Origin: Candidatus Latescibacterota bacterium
GTDB lineage: Bacteria; Latescibacterota; UBA2968; UBA8231
Reading direction: 5' to 3'
NCBI GenBank assembly: GCA_965243025.1
Contig: CBDETY010000003.1
Location: forward strand, 5,024,001 to 5,088,000
Length of the DNA stretch: 64,000 bases
Position 1 is the stretch's first letter. Every line of letters starts with the position of its first letter. Shown one piece after another: positions 1 to 9,293 of this stretch. Both the position numbers and the translations under genes were made by a program. The notes under the pieces were generated by a model. That model saw only the letters and a program-made list of their open reading frames with translations, did no database searches and had not been told where the DNA came from.

Positions 1-1687
1 GCGTGAACAGGACGCGCAGGAATGAGAGAACCGCCGTTACGGCGAATCCCACGGCCACCGCGCCCATCCTGATCAGGTCGGGACCGGCCGGGCGCGTTCC
101 AGCCTCGTAGTACAGGTAGTGGTAGTAGCGTCCGAGGCGTGCGGCCGGCCGGGCACCGCCGTGGCGGTCGAGGGAAAAAATCCCGGGGTCGTACACCAGT
201 TCCAGCATCGACCAGAAACCGCAGACAAGGCCCGCGAGTATTCCGACCGCCACTGCTGCACCGATCTGGCCGGCGCCGGAACCCAGGGATCCGGCCATTT
301 TCCAACCTTCGACATGCAGCATCGTCACCGCGGCGATCCCCGAGTAGCTCAGGAGGTTGAGAAACGCAAAAGCGACGTACTCGGAGGGGCTGAAAACACC
401 GGGCCCGGTCCCCCAGGCGAAGAAGAGAAGGTTGGGCACGAGAAAGTAGACGCTGATTACCGGCAGACCGGCGTCCAGGCGCAGGCGAGCCATTCCGATG
501 GCCGTCAGCAGCAACAGGAGGACGAAAATCGTCCCCAGTGGCAGCGAGAGGCCGGCCGCCTTCCCCCAGGCAAGAAGGCCGGCGCTTCCTGCCGACAGAC
601 AGAAAAACCCCCAGCGCTCCCTTCCCCGGCCGCACAGGGCCCGACGCCAGGCATCCGCAAGCGCCTTGCGCGCCGCCCAAAGGCTCAGTACGGCGAGGCA
701 GAGCAGGCCGCCGCGGGCCTGGGAATGCAGGTGAGGGGTGAAGTTGGGCCATTCCCGCCACTGTCCACCGAGCCCGATGAAAACCCCATGGTCGCCGCTG
801 CGTCCGATCAGCTCCGCGGCGAGGAGTTGGGCCCGGGTCAGCAGATAAAAAAACCAGGTGCTGAAAGCGACTTCGACCGACAGCAGATAGGCGATCCCGA
901 CCAGGAACGGGGTAACGGTGAATTCGAAGCGGGAGGTGAACGGAGCAAGGGCGGCCCACGGCTTGTCAGTCAGCACATCCGCCAGGTTGAAGGACAGCGG
1001 GATTTCCGCCGGGAAAAGGTGGTAGTGGTGGAGTCCGTTCAGCCCGTAGATCAGGGCCGGCACCGCGATGCCGGCCCCGAGGGTCTTGCTGCGCAGCAGT
1101 TCCCGACCGTTGAGAGCGAGAGTCACGGGCACTTCTGCCAGTGGGAGCCGCAGCCGTTCCTCCTCGAGCCAGCGCTTGCGCAGAAGGGTCATGCATCCAC
1201 ACATGGCGACCAGGAAGGCGACGGCGAGCGCCGCCCATGCCATCAGCGGCAGCGCCCAGGCTGCCCAGGGAACCTCGGGGCGGCCCTCAAAGAACCCCTC
1301 GACCGCGTCGCTGCCTTCCCTGCCCGGCACCATCCAGTCCGGGATCAGTTTGAGAAAGGGGTAGTAGCCGCCGGAAGGGTCGCTGAACTGAAAAAACCCG
1401 GTGACAAGGCCGGGAAGCAGGTACTGGGTGTACCCGCCGGCCGCCAGGGGCAGGCCGACCGCGGTCATCAGGTAACACCCGAGCAGCTCGCCCTCCTTGA
1501 ACTGGAGCCAGCCGGCCCCGAGGCGGCGCAGGAGAACGAGGAGCAGCAACAGGGCAATCGGCAGGGCCGGCAGCGGTCCATGAGTGAGAGAAGGTCCCCC
1601 GTATACGAGGTCTACTCGCTGAATCGACCAGGATCCGAGGAAGATGGCGGTGACAGCCAGAGCGACGGAACGGGTTGTGACCGGCAT
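1..1687 (-). CDS. DUF6785/DUF6784-type polytopic membrane protein (OPT-like), partial: runs off the left edge
   Basis: Not in the ORF track because there is no stop in the window. ATG at 1687, 8 bp after the upstream stop. Manual translation of both ends in one frame: MPVTTRSVALAVTAIFLGSWSIQRVDLVYG...HGPLPALPIALLLLLVLL...GELLGCYLMTAVG and ...MGAVAVGFAVTAVLSFLRVLFT at the edge. Many hydrophobic helices; layout resembles DUF6785+DUF6784. Confidence 0.75.
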   Translation of the reverse strand, partial: MPVTTRSVALAVTAIFLGSWSIQRVDLVYGGPSLTHGPLPALPIALLLLLVLLRRLGAGWLQFKEGELLGCYLMTAVGLPLAAGGYTQYLLPGLVTGFFQFSDPSGGYYPFLKLIPDWMVPGREGSDAVEGFFEGRPEVPWAAWALPLMAWAALAVAFLVAMCGCMTLLRKRWLEEERLRLPLAEVPVTLALNGRELLRSKTLGAGIAVPALIYGLNGLHHYHLFPAEIPLSFNLADVLTDKPWAALAPFTSRFEFTVTPFLVGIAYLLSVEVAFSTWFFYLLTRAQLLAAELIGRSGDHGVFIGLGGQWREWPNFTPHLHSQARGGLLCLAVLSLWAARKALADAWRRALCGRGRERWGFFCLSAGSAGLLAWGKAAGLSLPLGTIFVLLLLLTAIGMARLRLDAGLPVISVYFLVPNLLFFAWGTGPGVFSPSEYVAFAFLNLLSYSGIAAVTMLHVEGWKMAGSLGSGAGQIGAAVAVGILAGLVCGFWSMLELVYDPGIFSLDRHGGARPAARLGRYYHYLYYEAGTRPAGPDLIRMGAVAVGFAVTAVLSFLRVLFT

Positions 1688-1695
1688 CCGGTTTT

Positions 1696-3684
1696 TCAGT
1701 ATGGCAGCTGGGCTACGGAACGGACGATCAGGACGATGGCGACGGCGGCCATGCCTATCAGACCGTTGCCGCAGGCGAAGCCGGCCAGCAACACCGGCGC
1801 CCAGCGGCGCCAGCGCTCCCTCCCGAAGCGGCGCTCGAAGTAGTAGCGGCCCAGGCATGCCCCCAGCATTTCCGGGATGAGCAGATGCGGCATCGATTGC
1901 AGGCCGCGGATGAATCCGTATACCAGGGCGAGAGGGAACCCCCACACGCTGGCGGCGATGAGGGCGATCCCGGAGAGGGAGAAGGCCCCTGCGACCCACC
2001 CGGAATGCACGACATCCTGCAGCTCGAGACCTCCTTCGGTGGTAAAGGAGAACCACAGAAACTGCCGCATCGCGAACAGGTGCCAGTACTTCTGGGCAAA
2101 AGGAAAGACGACCGACGGAATCGGCTGCAGTTTCCAGATCAGAGCCCAGAACAGGAAGCCGCACCCCAACGCCACCGGGAGAATCAGCAGCTCCGCCTTG
2201 AGGATGCTGGTGAACCGGGTCCCGGTCAGTTCCACCTCGCGGAACAGCTGGGCCCGCCGTCCGTGATCGCTGTAGGGGATTGGCGCGAACCAGATGTCGA
2301 CCCCTCGATAGCCGCTGAGCAGAAAGGCTCCCTCGCGCACGAGGGGAATCCCGGCGGTCTGTCCTGTAAGCCCGATCATGCGGGCGTTGACGTAGGAAAT
2401 CAGGGGGGTCAGCAGGAAGGCGAAGGCGAGCAGGAAAAGCAGGGGAAAGCTGTCATCGGCAAGCAGTTGCCGGCACAACAGGACGTACCCGGCGGCTGCA
2501 AGCACGTAAGCGACCGCCGCCGCCCACAGGGGAAAGTCCCCCCTTCCCCGAGGCGGCTGCGCGCCCTTTCCAGTTCCTTTGCCCTTGCGCCCGAACGAGG
2601 TCGCTGCCTGGGCGATTCCCGCTGCCGCCACCGCGGCCCCGGTGCCGATATACACGCTCAGCCAGACGTCGAGATCGTTGGAGAAATGCGTCGCGATTGC
2701 ATCCATCCCGGGCTGCCAGCGTTCCAGCAGACCCGCCTGGTACAGGATCGGGTTGGCGGCCGTCTGAAAGGCCGCCGCGGCGAACGACCCGGCGACAACC
2801 CAGAAGGGGAGGACGAATCCCGCGAGGACAAGCCCGAGGTCGGTGCCGATTCCGAGGGTGGCCGCGGGGAGCTGGTTCTCGAAGTCCCGGGTGAAATCGA
2901 TCCACGGTATGGGCAGCAGCTCGAGTGGACGCGCGGCGACGAGACCGGAAAGGGCCGGCAGCCCGATGAAGACCGTTCCGAACAGCAGCCCGATTCCCAT
3001 GCCGATACAGAACAGGCGCCAGCGCCAGCTCGCGTGCGGCTGATCGCTTTCGGCCAGGGCGGTGGCCCCCTGCGCCGCCACCGCCGCCAGCGGGAACGGC
3101 ATGCGCTCGGCGTCCGAGGTGACGCGAAAAAGCAGGTAGCCGAGACCGAACCACTCGGCGCGGGCAAGCACCTGCCCGCCGACCAGGAGTGCCGCGGGGA
3201 GGAGCCAGTCCCGGTGCAGGAAGTCCCGTTCGACAATGGCGGGAGAATCGGCGGGAGGGGAGACCCAGGCGGGGATCTGCCCGGCGATGCCGAGCGCCTG
3301 CCCGACCTGGGACTGGACGAGGTACTGATGCCAGATCAGGCTGGCGAAAGGTCCCCCGGCGAGCATGACGCCGCCGATGACGTGCGTCAGTCCCCCGGCG
3401 ATGTAGTACAGGACGTAGATCTCCTGCCGGCCGAGCGGGGCGAAGGAGCGCCGCGCCACCTCTGCAAACAGGATGATCGTCACCCACTCGGCAGCCGGCC
3501 CCAGGCTGGAACCGGCGATCAGGCCCATGTAGATGGCCCCGGGCATCATCAGGAAGCCAATGAAGAATGCCCCCAGGATCGTACGCCCCGTGAAGCCGTC
3601 TGCGAACTCCCGGGGAGTTGCAAGCAGATCGCGGTACCCCGCCCGAACCTGTCCGCTGTTGCCTCCGGGGGTAGCGGGTTTCAT
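1696..3684 (-). CDS. OPT-superfamily-like peptide transporter (polytopic membrane protein)
   Basis: ORF 1696..3786. Start moved to ATG 3684 (MKPATP), which overlaps the upstream stop as ATGA. Motifs 'DGFTGRTILGAFFIGFLMMPGAIYMGL', 'AAEWVTIILFAEVARRS', 'ERMPFPLAAVAAQGATALAE'; very hydrophobic. Confidence 0.8.
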   Translation of the reverse strand: MKPATPGGNSGQVRAGYRDLLATPREFADGFTGRTILGAFFIGFLMMPGAIYMGLIAGSSLGPAAEWVTIILFAEVARRSFAPLGRQEIYVLYYIAGGLTHVIGGVMLAGGPFASLIWHQYLVQSQVGQALGIAGQIPAWVSPPADSPAIVERDFLHRDWLLPAALLVGGQVLARAEWFGLGYLLFRVTSDAERMPFPLAAVAAQGATALAESDQPHASWRWRLFCIGMGIGLLFGTVFIGLPALSGLVAARPLELLPIPWIDFTRDFENQLPAATLGIGTDLGLVLAGFVLPFWVVAGSFAAAAFQTAANPILYQAGLLERWQPGMDAIATHFSNDLDVWLSVYIGTGAAVAAAGIAQAATSFGRKGKGTGKGAQPPRGRGDFPLWAAAVAYVLAAAGYVLLCRQLLADDSFPLLFLLAFAFLLTPLISYVNARMIGLTGQTAGIPLVREGAFLLSGYRGVDIWFAPIPYSDHGRRAQLFREVELTGTRFTSILKAELLILPVALGCGFLFWALIWKLQPIPSVVFPFAQKYWHLFAMRQFLWFSFTTEGGLELQDVVHSGWVAGAFSLSGIALIAASVWGFPLALVYGFIRGLQSMPHLLIPEMLGACLGRYYFERRFGRERWRRWAPVLLAGFACGNGLIGMAAVAIVLIVRSVAQLPY

Positions 3685-6600
3685 GTCGCAGGCTCGAGGT
3701 AGGCGCCCCGATGCTCGGCCGGGAGGTTGCGCCAGACGAGAAACTGCTTGCGAATCGAGTCGACGAATATCCGGTTTGCCCGCCACCAGGTGGCCTCGTT
3801 CCCCGAGAGCCGCTCGATGGTCGTTTCAAGGGTGAAAAACCGATGGTCGACATCGGGCGCCAGAACCAGCCTGACCGTTTGCGAAACCCCCTGGTCGAAG
3901 GGTGCCAGCCAGACCCGGGCATCGATTTCTCCCGCCGATTTCTCCGCGACGTCTTCGGCGTAGAACAGGGCTCCCGTCGATTGATCGTCGAACGCCCCGA
4001 GGTATTCGCGCAGGAACCGCGCGAAGCCGTGGGCTTCTTTGCGGTTGAGGGAAAACGGCAGCGACAGCATCAGGAGGTCTCCCCGAGGCCGCGGCAAGGT
4101 CCAGCTGCGCTCGATTCCCGGGGTGCAGATCCGGGAGGCCATGAGCGCCGGGTACGCCGCCGAGGCGAGGACGACGGCCATCACCACCGCCACGGTCGCG
4201 ACTGCCGACAGGGACGAGTAGTTGACGGTCAGGCCTGGAAGCAGGTGGAAGGTGCCGGCCTGGGCGATTGCGAACCCGAGAAGCGATCCCAGCACCGCGC
4301 TCAGCAGACAGAAAGCCCCGGCTTCGGCGAGGAAGAGCCCGGCCACGTGTCCCGGGGCGAGCCCGACGGCATTCAGAGTCCCTATCTCGGGCAGGCGCTC
4401 GTACACGCTTCCGAGCATGGTGTTGAAGGCGATCAGGGCGGCGATCAACAGCGGGATCCAGACACCGCGGCGGCCGCTGAAGACACGTACTCCGACGGTG
4501 TTGATGCGAAAAGTGCCGTCGTCGAGGCGGGCGAAGAGGTTGAGCTCGGAGGTCAGGGCCATTTCGTCGATATCCCTGCGAGCCGCCGCCTGGTTCTCGA
4601 AGAGGACGGCAATCGAGGCGACGCGGGACCACTCCCCCCAGCGGGCCACCGCGTCGCCGGAAAGGAAGAGAACCTGACTGCTGGACAAGTGGACGAAGGC
4701 CGGCTGCAGGCCACCGCGATCGATGCCGACCCGTTGCTCGTCCGGCTGGTGAACCTCGACATCGAGGGGAGTCAACGGGTCGCCGGAGATATCGCGAAGC
4801 TGGTCGTAGCGCTCGGGATCGACAATGCCCACGACCGGGTAGTCGGCGCCGAAGACGCGGACGGTGGCGGTCCCGAGGTTTCCCGCTTGCACGCCGAGGA
4901 GATCCGCCTGGTTCGCGGGCAGCACACAGGCGGTTTCACCTGCTGCCATCCAGCGCCCCGAGAGCAGGGCGTCGTCGATCGGGTTGACCAGGTTTTCGAA
5001 AGCCGATACGCCTGCCACCGCCTCGACGCGGCTGCTGCCGTTGCGGCCCCGCACCTGCACCGGCTTCAGGTACCACCTGCGCGCGGCTACCGTGCCGCTG
5101 GAAAAACGCAGGGCGAGGTGGTCGATCACGGCGGCCTCGATGGCGGCGAACTCCGGCATGCGCAGCATCAGGGCAGGAGGCACCGTACCGCCCGGAAGGT
5201 GGTCGGAGACCGGGGTGCGGTTGAAGCGATGACCTGCCCGCACCGAAGTGAACGAGGCCAGGGTGCAGGTCAGCAGGACGAGTGTGGAGGCAGTGAGGGC
5301 CGTTCTCCAGGGCCGCCGGCGCATCTGCGCGACACCCAGCGCGAATGACCGCCAGAGTATGCCGCCCCTCGCCGAGCCCGCGCGGTGGAGTGCGGACGCA
5401 GGGGAACCGGCCAGCCGCAGTTGCGCGTTGAGGCGGGTTATCCCCAGACCGATGACCGCCAGGCTGAGGGACAGAATGGCGAACCCGAGCAGGATCAGCG
5501 AGGGGTAGAGCGACAGCTCGAAGGAGGGATGCGAAAACCGAAGCACCGCGAAAGCGGCCGCAAAAAGGGCGACCGAGCCGGCGACCTGGCCGCGAATTCC
5601 GCGGCTTGCCAATAGAAGGCGTTCGCCAAGTACGGCAAAGGGAATAAGCAGAAACAGGACGAAGACGACTCCCTGTACCGCCCCGGCGGAAAGGCTCTGC
5701 GTCGCTCCGTAGGCCTGCGAAGCGAGCGCCCAGGCGCGGCGGCTTTCTCCCGTGCAAGCGGTGTTGCGGCCCTCTTCGCAGGCGCTGGCCGCTCTTCCAA
5801 GAGTTTCTTGGGCAGCGTCGTTCAAGTCCGAAAGAAGGGAGCTGGCGATGCCGTGCGATTCCAGTTGCTCCAGTCGCTCGCGGTTGAGCCCGTGGGTGTC
5901 CCGGGCGAGGTGCAAGGCCGTTGCCGGCAAGCGCGAAGCGAACGCGGAATACCCGGAACCGGTTGCCGCATCCGGGCTGCCGTTGAGCAGCAGACCGCGG
6001 CGTCCGAGGCCGAAGCGACCCCCGGAAAGGATCGCCTTGAGGTCCGTTCCGGGTGGGACGAACAGAACCGCAGTGCTCTCGGTGTCCGGTCCGACGAGGT
6101 GGTGGTAACCGTCGCGGGCGACTTGGGAAGCGGTCGGTGGGAGGCAATAGCCGAAGCTCGCCGGCTCCGCCTCCTTTCCGGACTCGAGGATCCGGACGTG
6201 GTCGAGGACCGCCAGCCGGCGCGGGTCTACGAGGTCGAAAAGGGTCACCCCTGCGCAAGGGAAAGTCACCAGGGTGCATTCCTTCTCGAGATCGTCCATG
6301 AGGACCTCGGCGGGGTACTTGCCGGTCCCGAGCGGGCCGCGATCGAGAGCGGAGATTACCCTTCCGGACGCCGGATCCACCTGGTAAGCTTCCAGTCGGG
6401 TGCCCTTGAGGTAGAGCGTCCGGGCCTCGAGACCGGTCAAGGTGAAGCGGCCGTCCTTCCCGGTCATCGCCAGCGGATCCGCGTGCACGCCCATGGTCGT
6501 CTTGCCGAAAGTGCGCGCGCGAACAAGGGCTCCCTCGACCGGTTCGTCAGGCTGATAACTCTGCGGGCCCCACCTCACCACGCGTCCCTCGAGCCGGCCG

Positions 6601-8114
6601 AAGGAATCGCTTCCCCCCTCGGGGGACATGTCGATATCGGCGTCGATCAGGTGTTGGATCAGGGCTACGATGAAACGGGTCTGCGCCGCCAGGCCGGGGT
6701 ACTCCAGCATCCCCGGGAGATCTCCCGGGGAATCGAAACGGGCGCGCTCGTCGGCTGCCGAAACCAGTGTCATCCCCAGCATGCCCGACAGAGACGCCAC
6801 GGCCCCGGAGACCGGAACCCGTTCGGGAAGGGCACCGAGAAGCCGGCGCCGGCGCAAGGGCTTCAAAGCCCCGCCCAGAATCATCTCCCCCTGAAGGTTG
6901 CGCTCCTCGTAAGTCTCGGTAAACGAGGTGATCGGGTCGTAGATCGAGGGGGGGATCCGGCGCACCCGGTACGGTGGGCCGGCCTGTACCAGTGCCAGCT
7001 GCCGGCTGCGGGAACTCAGGTCCAGGCCGATGTAGCACGCGATCTCCAGACCGCAAAGAAGGCTTCTCAACTGCCGGTCCTGCGAGCCCGCGTGCGAGCT
7101 CGGGCTGCTCTCTTCTCCGGCCGTGCCGCAGGAGCGCAGGAAATCGATGAAATCCCGCATTCCGGCAAGTGCCTGAAAGTGGCCTGCCGTCGCCACGAGT
7201 ACGGCGGTGCGCCGCGGGGGGTGGGCGGCCAGGGCCGCTGCCAGCTCCATCCAGGCGGCGGCGCCGCTCGCCTGATCGGCTCCCGGTGCCAGGGCCGGTA
7301 CCGCGGAGATGGCGTCGTAGTACGAGCCGACAACAACCGCTTCCCGGCGGAGGGCGGGATCGATGCCCGGAATCACGGCGACCACGGTTCGGGCGGGCGC
7401 GTTGCGCCAGACCATGCTCCCGGAGATGACGGCCCTGACCGGCTGCGCCGGAGACCGGGTATCGGACAGCACGTTCCGAAGTTTCCCGCTCGCAGCTGCC
7501 GGGGCGTAGAATCGCGGCAAGTCCGCTGGGGTCGTCAGGTATTTTTGCGAGCTCTCCCAACGACGGCCGGGTCCAGGACCGGAGGGGGCCAGGAATATTA
7601 CCGCCTCTGCGCCGAGGTCGAAGGCGCGGACCCAGCGGCGGCCGCAGTCGTATTCGAAGACGGCGATGGCCCCCCGCATCGGGGATCCGTCCAACTCGGA
7701 AGGGTTGCCGCTGCCGGCGTAGACCAGGGGACCCGCGATTCCGGGTGGGGGGACGGTGGAGGTGCGCACCAGGTTGGGCCACATGTGCTGGAGCGCGTAC
7801 GCGCTCGAACCCGGCACCCCCGGGAAGCGCAGGGCGGCTCCCCGATCCAGGGGGACCGGAGTGTGGAACCGGCGCGCGTGGACTTCGCGCAGACCCAGGT
7901 TTTCCAGGTATTCGGTCAGGAATTGCGCCGCTGCGAAGGCGCCGGGATATCCGGTAACCCTCGAGTCCATGGCCGCCAGCTGCTCGATACGGTACTGCAG
8001 CCTCGCTTCCAGGTCCTCTTCCGACAGTTCCCCCATTATTGCCCCGGCGCTGAGAAACAGGGTGGCAAAGGCTGTCCATCCCAGCAATTGACAGGGGGCG
8101 TTGATGAGACTCAT
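3681..8114 (-). CDS. Large membrane protein: signal peptide, PA + M28-peptidase-like ectodomain (degenerate active site), carboxypeptidase-regulatory-like beta domain, TM bundle, MacB-like periplasmic domain and FtsX-type permease
   Basis: 1477 aa. PA-like 'GPLVYAGSGNPSELDGSPMRGAIAVF'. M28-like 'VVVGSYYDAISAVPALAPGADQASGAAAWMELA'. 'GRVV..PVEGALVRAR..TGKDGRFTLTGL'. FtsX signatures 'QMRRRPWRTALT' and 'NTMLGSVYERLPEIGTLNAVGLAPGHVAGLFLAE'. Confidence 0.85.
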   Translation of the reverse strand: MSLINAPCQLLGWTAFATLFLSAGAIMGELSEEDLEARLQYRIEQLAAMDSRVTGYPGAFAAAQFLTEYLENLGLREVHARRFHTPVPLDRGAALRFPGVPGSSAYALQHMWPNLVRTSTVPPPGIAGPLVYAGSGNPSELDGSPMRGAIAVFEYDCGRRWVRAFDLGAEAVIFLAPSGPGPGRRWESSQKYLTTPADLPRFYAPAAASGKLRNVLSDTRSPAQPVRAVISGSMVWRNAPARTVVAVIPGIDPALRREAVVVGSYYDAISAVPALAPGADQASGAAAWMELAAALAAHPPRRTAVLVATAGHFQALAGMRDFIDFLRSCGTAGEESSPSSHAGSQDRQLRSLLCGLEIACYIGLDLSSRSRQLALVQAGPPYRVRRIPPSIYDPITSFTETYEERNLQGEMILGGALKPLRRRRLLGALPERVPVSGAVASLSGMLGMTLVSAADERARFDSPGDLPGMLEYPGLAAQTRFIVALIQHLIDADIDMSPEGGSDSFGRLEGRVVRWGPQSYQPDEPVEGALVRARTFGKTTMGVHADPLAMTGKDGRFTLTGLEARTLYLKGTRLEAYQVDPASGRVISALDRGPLGTGKYPAEVLMDDLEKECTLVTFPCAGVTLFDLVDPRRLAVLDHVRILESGKEAEPASFGYCLPPTASQVARDGYHHLVGPDTESTAVLFVPPGTDLKAILSGGRFGLGRRGLLLNGSPDAATGSGYSAFASRLPATALHLARDTHGLNRERLEQLESHGIASSLLSDLNDAAQETLGRAASACEEGRNTACTGESRRAWALASQAYGATQSLSAGAVQGVVFVLFLLIPFAVLGERLLLASRGIRGQVAGSVALFAAAFAVLRFSHPSFELSLYPSLILLGFAILSLSLAVIGLGITRLNAQLRLAGSPASALHRAGSARGGILWRSFALGVAQMRRRPWRTALTASTLVLLTCTLASFTSVRAGHRFNRTPVSDHLPGGTVPPALMLRMPEFAAIEAAVIDHLALRFSSGTVAARRWYLKPVQVRGRNGSSRVEAVAGVSAFENLVNPIDDALLSGRWMAAGETACVLPANQADLLGVQAGNLGTATVRVFGADYPVVGIVDPERYDQLRDISGDPLTPLDVEVHQPDEQRVGIDRGGLQPAFVHLSSSQVLFLSGDAVARWGEWSRVASIAVLFENQAAARRDIDEMALTSELNLFARLDDGTFRINTVGVRVFSGRRGVWIPLLIAALIAFNTMLGSVYERLPEIGTLNAVGLAPGHVAGLFLAEAGAFCLLSAVLGSLLGFAIAQAGTFHLLPGLTVNYSSLSAVATVAVVMAVVLASAAYPALMASRICTPGIERSWTLPRPRGDLLMLSLPFSLNRKEAHGFARFLREYLGAFDDQSTGALFYAEDVAEKSAGEIDARVWLAPFDQGVSQTVRLVLAPDVDHRFFTLETTIERLSGNEATWWRANRIFVDSIRKQFLVWRNLPAEHRGAYLEPAT

Positions 8115-8208
8115 CTTCTTGTTTTACAAATAGCTATGGCAATTTGCAGGCAGCCGGAACGAGCTTTCCTCGAACACGCACAGACGCATCGGTGTCGGTG
8201 AGAGTATC

Positions 8209-8859
8209 ATGGAATCATCTGCGGACAGACCTTCGCCTGGCAGAAGACCGGCGTTGAAGCTCGTTGAAAAGGCGGTGCCCGAAATCGGCATGGACGAGGA
8301 GGAGCGCATCGGCCGCATAGTGGCCGGGGATGGTTCGGCTTTCGCTGAACTCGTCCGGGAATTTTATCCGCTGGCATATGGGTTGGCTCACCGGGTACTT
8401 CTGGATCCCGAAGACGCGGAGGAAGTCGTTCAGGACGCATTCGTGAAGATTCACGCGGCGCTGATCAGCTTCCGCGGCCATTCCTCGCTCAAAACGTGGA
8501 TTCTGCGGATCGTCCTGCGCCTCAGTCTCAATCGCCGCCGCGACCGCTCCCGCAGCAATTGGTACCGTCTGGGATTGCACCGCGGAAGCGACGATCTGTT
8601 CAACCCTCCGGATCCTCGAGGGTTTTCCGCCAATCCCGAAGCGGAGTGCATTTCTGCCGAAACCCGTCGCGTGGTGCTCAGGTTGGTGGACGAACTTCCC
8701 GAGGGACTGCGTGAAACCCTGCTGTTGAACAGCATGGAAGAACTGTCTTACGAAGAGATTGCCCGGGTGCTGGGTGTCCCGATCGGGACTGTCAGCTCCC
8801 GGATTTACAGCGCGCGCCGCCGGCTGCTTCCGAAGCTGCGCCGGCACGGGCTCGTCTGA
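8209..8859 (+). CDS. ECF (sigma-24/RpoE-like) RNA polymerase sigma factor
   Basis: Region 2 'DAEEVVQDAFVKIH..FRGHSSLKTWILRI'; region 4 'LSYEEIARVLGVPIGTVSSRIYSARRRL'. An alternative start lies at 8290. Confidence 0.92.
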   Translation: MESSADRPSPGRRPALKLVEKAVPEIGMDEEERIGRIVAGDGSAFAELVREFYPLAYGLAHRVLLDPEDAEEVVQDAFVKIHAALISFRGHSSLKTWILRIVLRLSLNRRRDRSRSNWYRLGLHRGSDDLFNPPDPRGFSANPEAECISAETRRVVLRLVDELPEGLRETLLLNSMEELSYEEIARVLGVPIGTVSSRIYSARRRLLPKLRRHGLV

Positions 8860-8891
8860 ACCGGCGCGCACCTGGCCTGGAGAGGCAACGA

Positions 8892-9263
8892 ATGTCGATA
8901 CTGCCGTGGGACAAGAAGAAACTGGAAACGCCGCTTTCCGCCTACATCGACGGCGAGCTCGGCAGCGAGGAACAGGCCGAAATCGGAGAACGGGTTGTCT
9001 TCGAGCCACAGGCGCGGGAGCTACTCGACCTGTTTCGCCGTGCCAAAGGCCTGGTGGACCGGGCCGCAATCCCCGACCGGGTCCCGGCGCGGGAAATGCC
9101 CGAACATCTTTGGGAACAGGTTGGCGTGGAAGACGGGTTTGATCCGGGCCCGCAACGAACCAGCAGGTGGCGGACGCGTAATTCTGCAGCCATCCTCTCG
9201 GTCGGTCTGCTGGTCACTGCCGGGGTAGCGCTGCTCGGCCTGCGCCGCCGGGGATTGGTTTGA
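8892..9263 (+). CDS. Putative anti-sigma factor (ASD-like N-terminus, single C-terminal TM helix)
   Basis: Directly after the ECF sigma. 'LSAYIDGEL' anti-sigma-domain motif without the HxxxCxxC zinc ligands. C-terminal hydrophobic helix 'AAILSVGLLVTAGVALLGL'. Confidence 0.75.
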   Translation: MSILPWDKKKLETPLSAYIDGELGSEEQAEIGERVVFEPQARELLDLFRRAKGLVDRAAIPDRVPAREMPEHLWEQVGVEDGFDPGPQRTSRWRTRNSAAILSVGLLVTAGVALLGLRRRGLV

Positions 9264-9293
9264 TCGGAATCGCCCCGTAGAGGGGAGAGAAAT

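Noticed and set aside
119-1843. 574-aa plus-strand ORF and other long antisense ORFs (e.g. 1885..3702, 3711..5348, 5808..8201, 39086..40924, 57976..59874)
   Set aside because: Shadow frames of real opposite-strand genes, expected in GC-rich DNA; no recognisable motifs.
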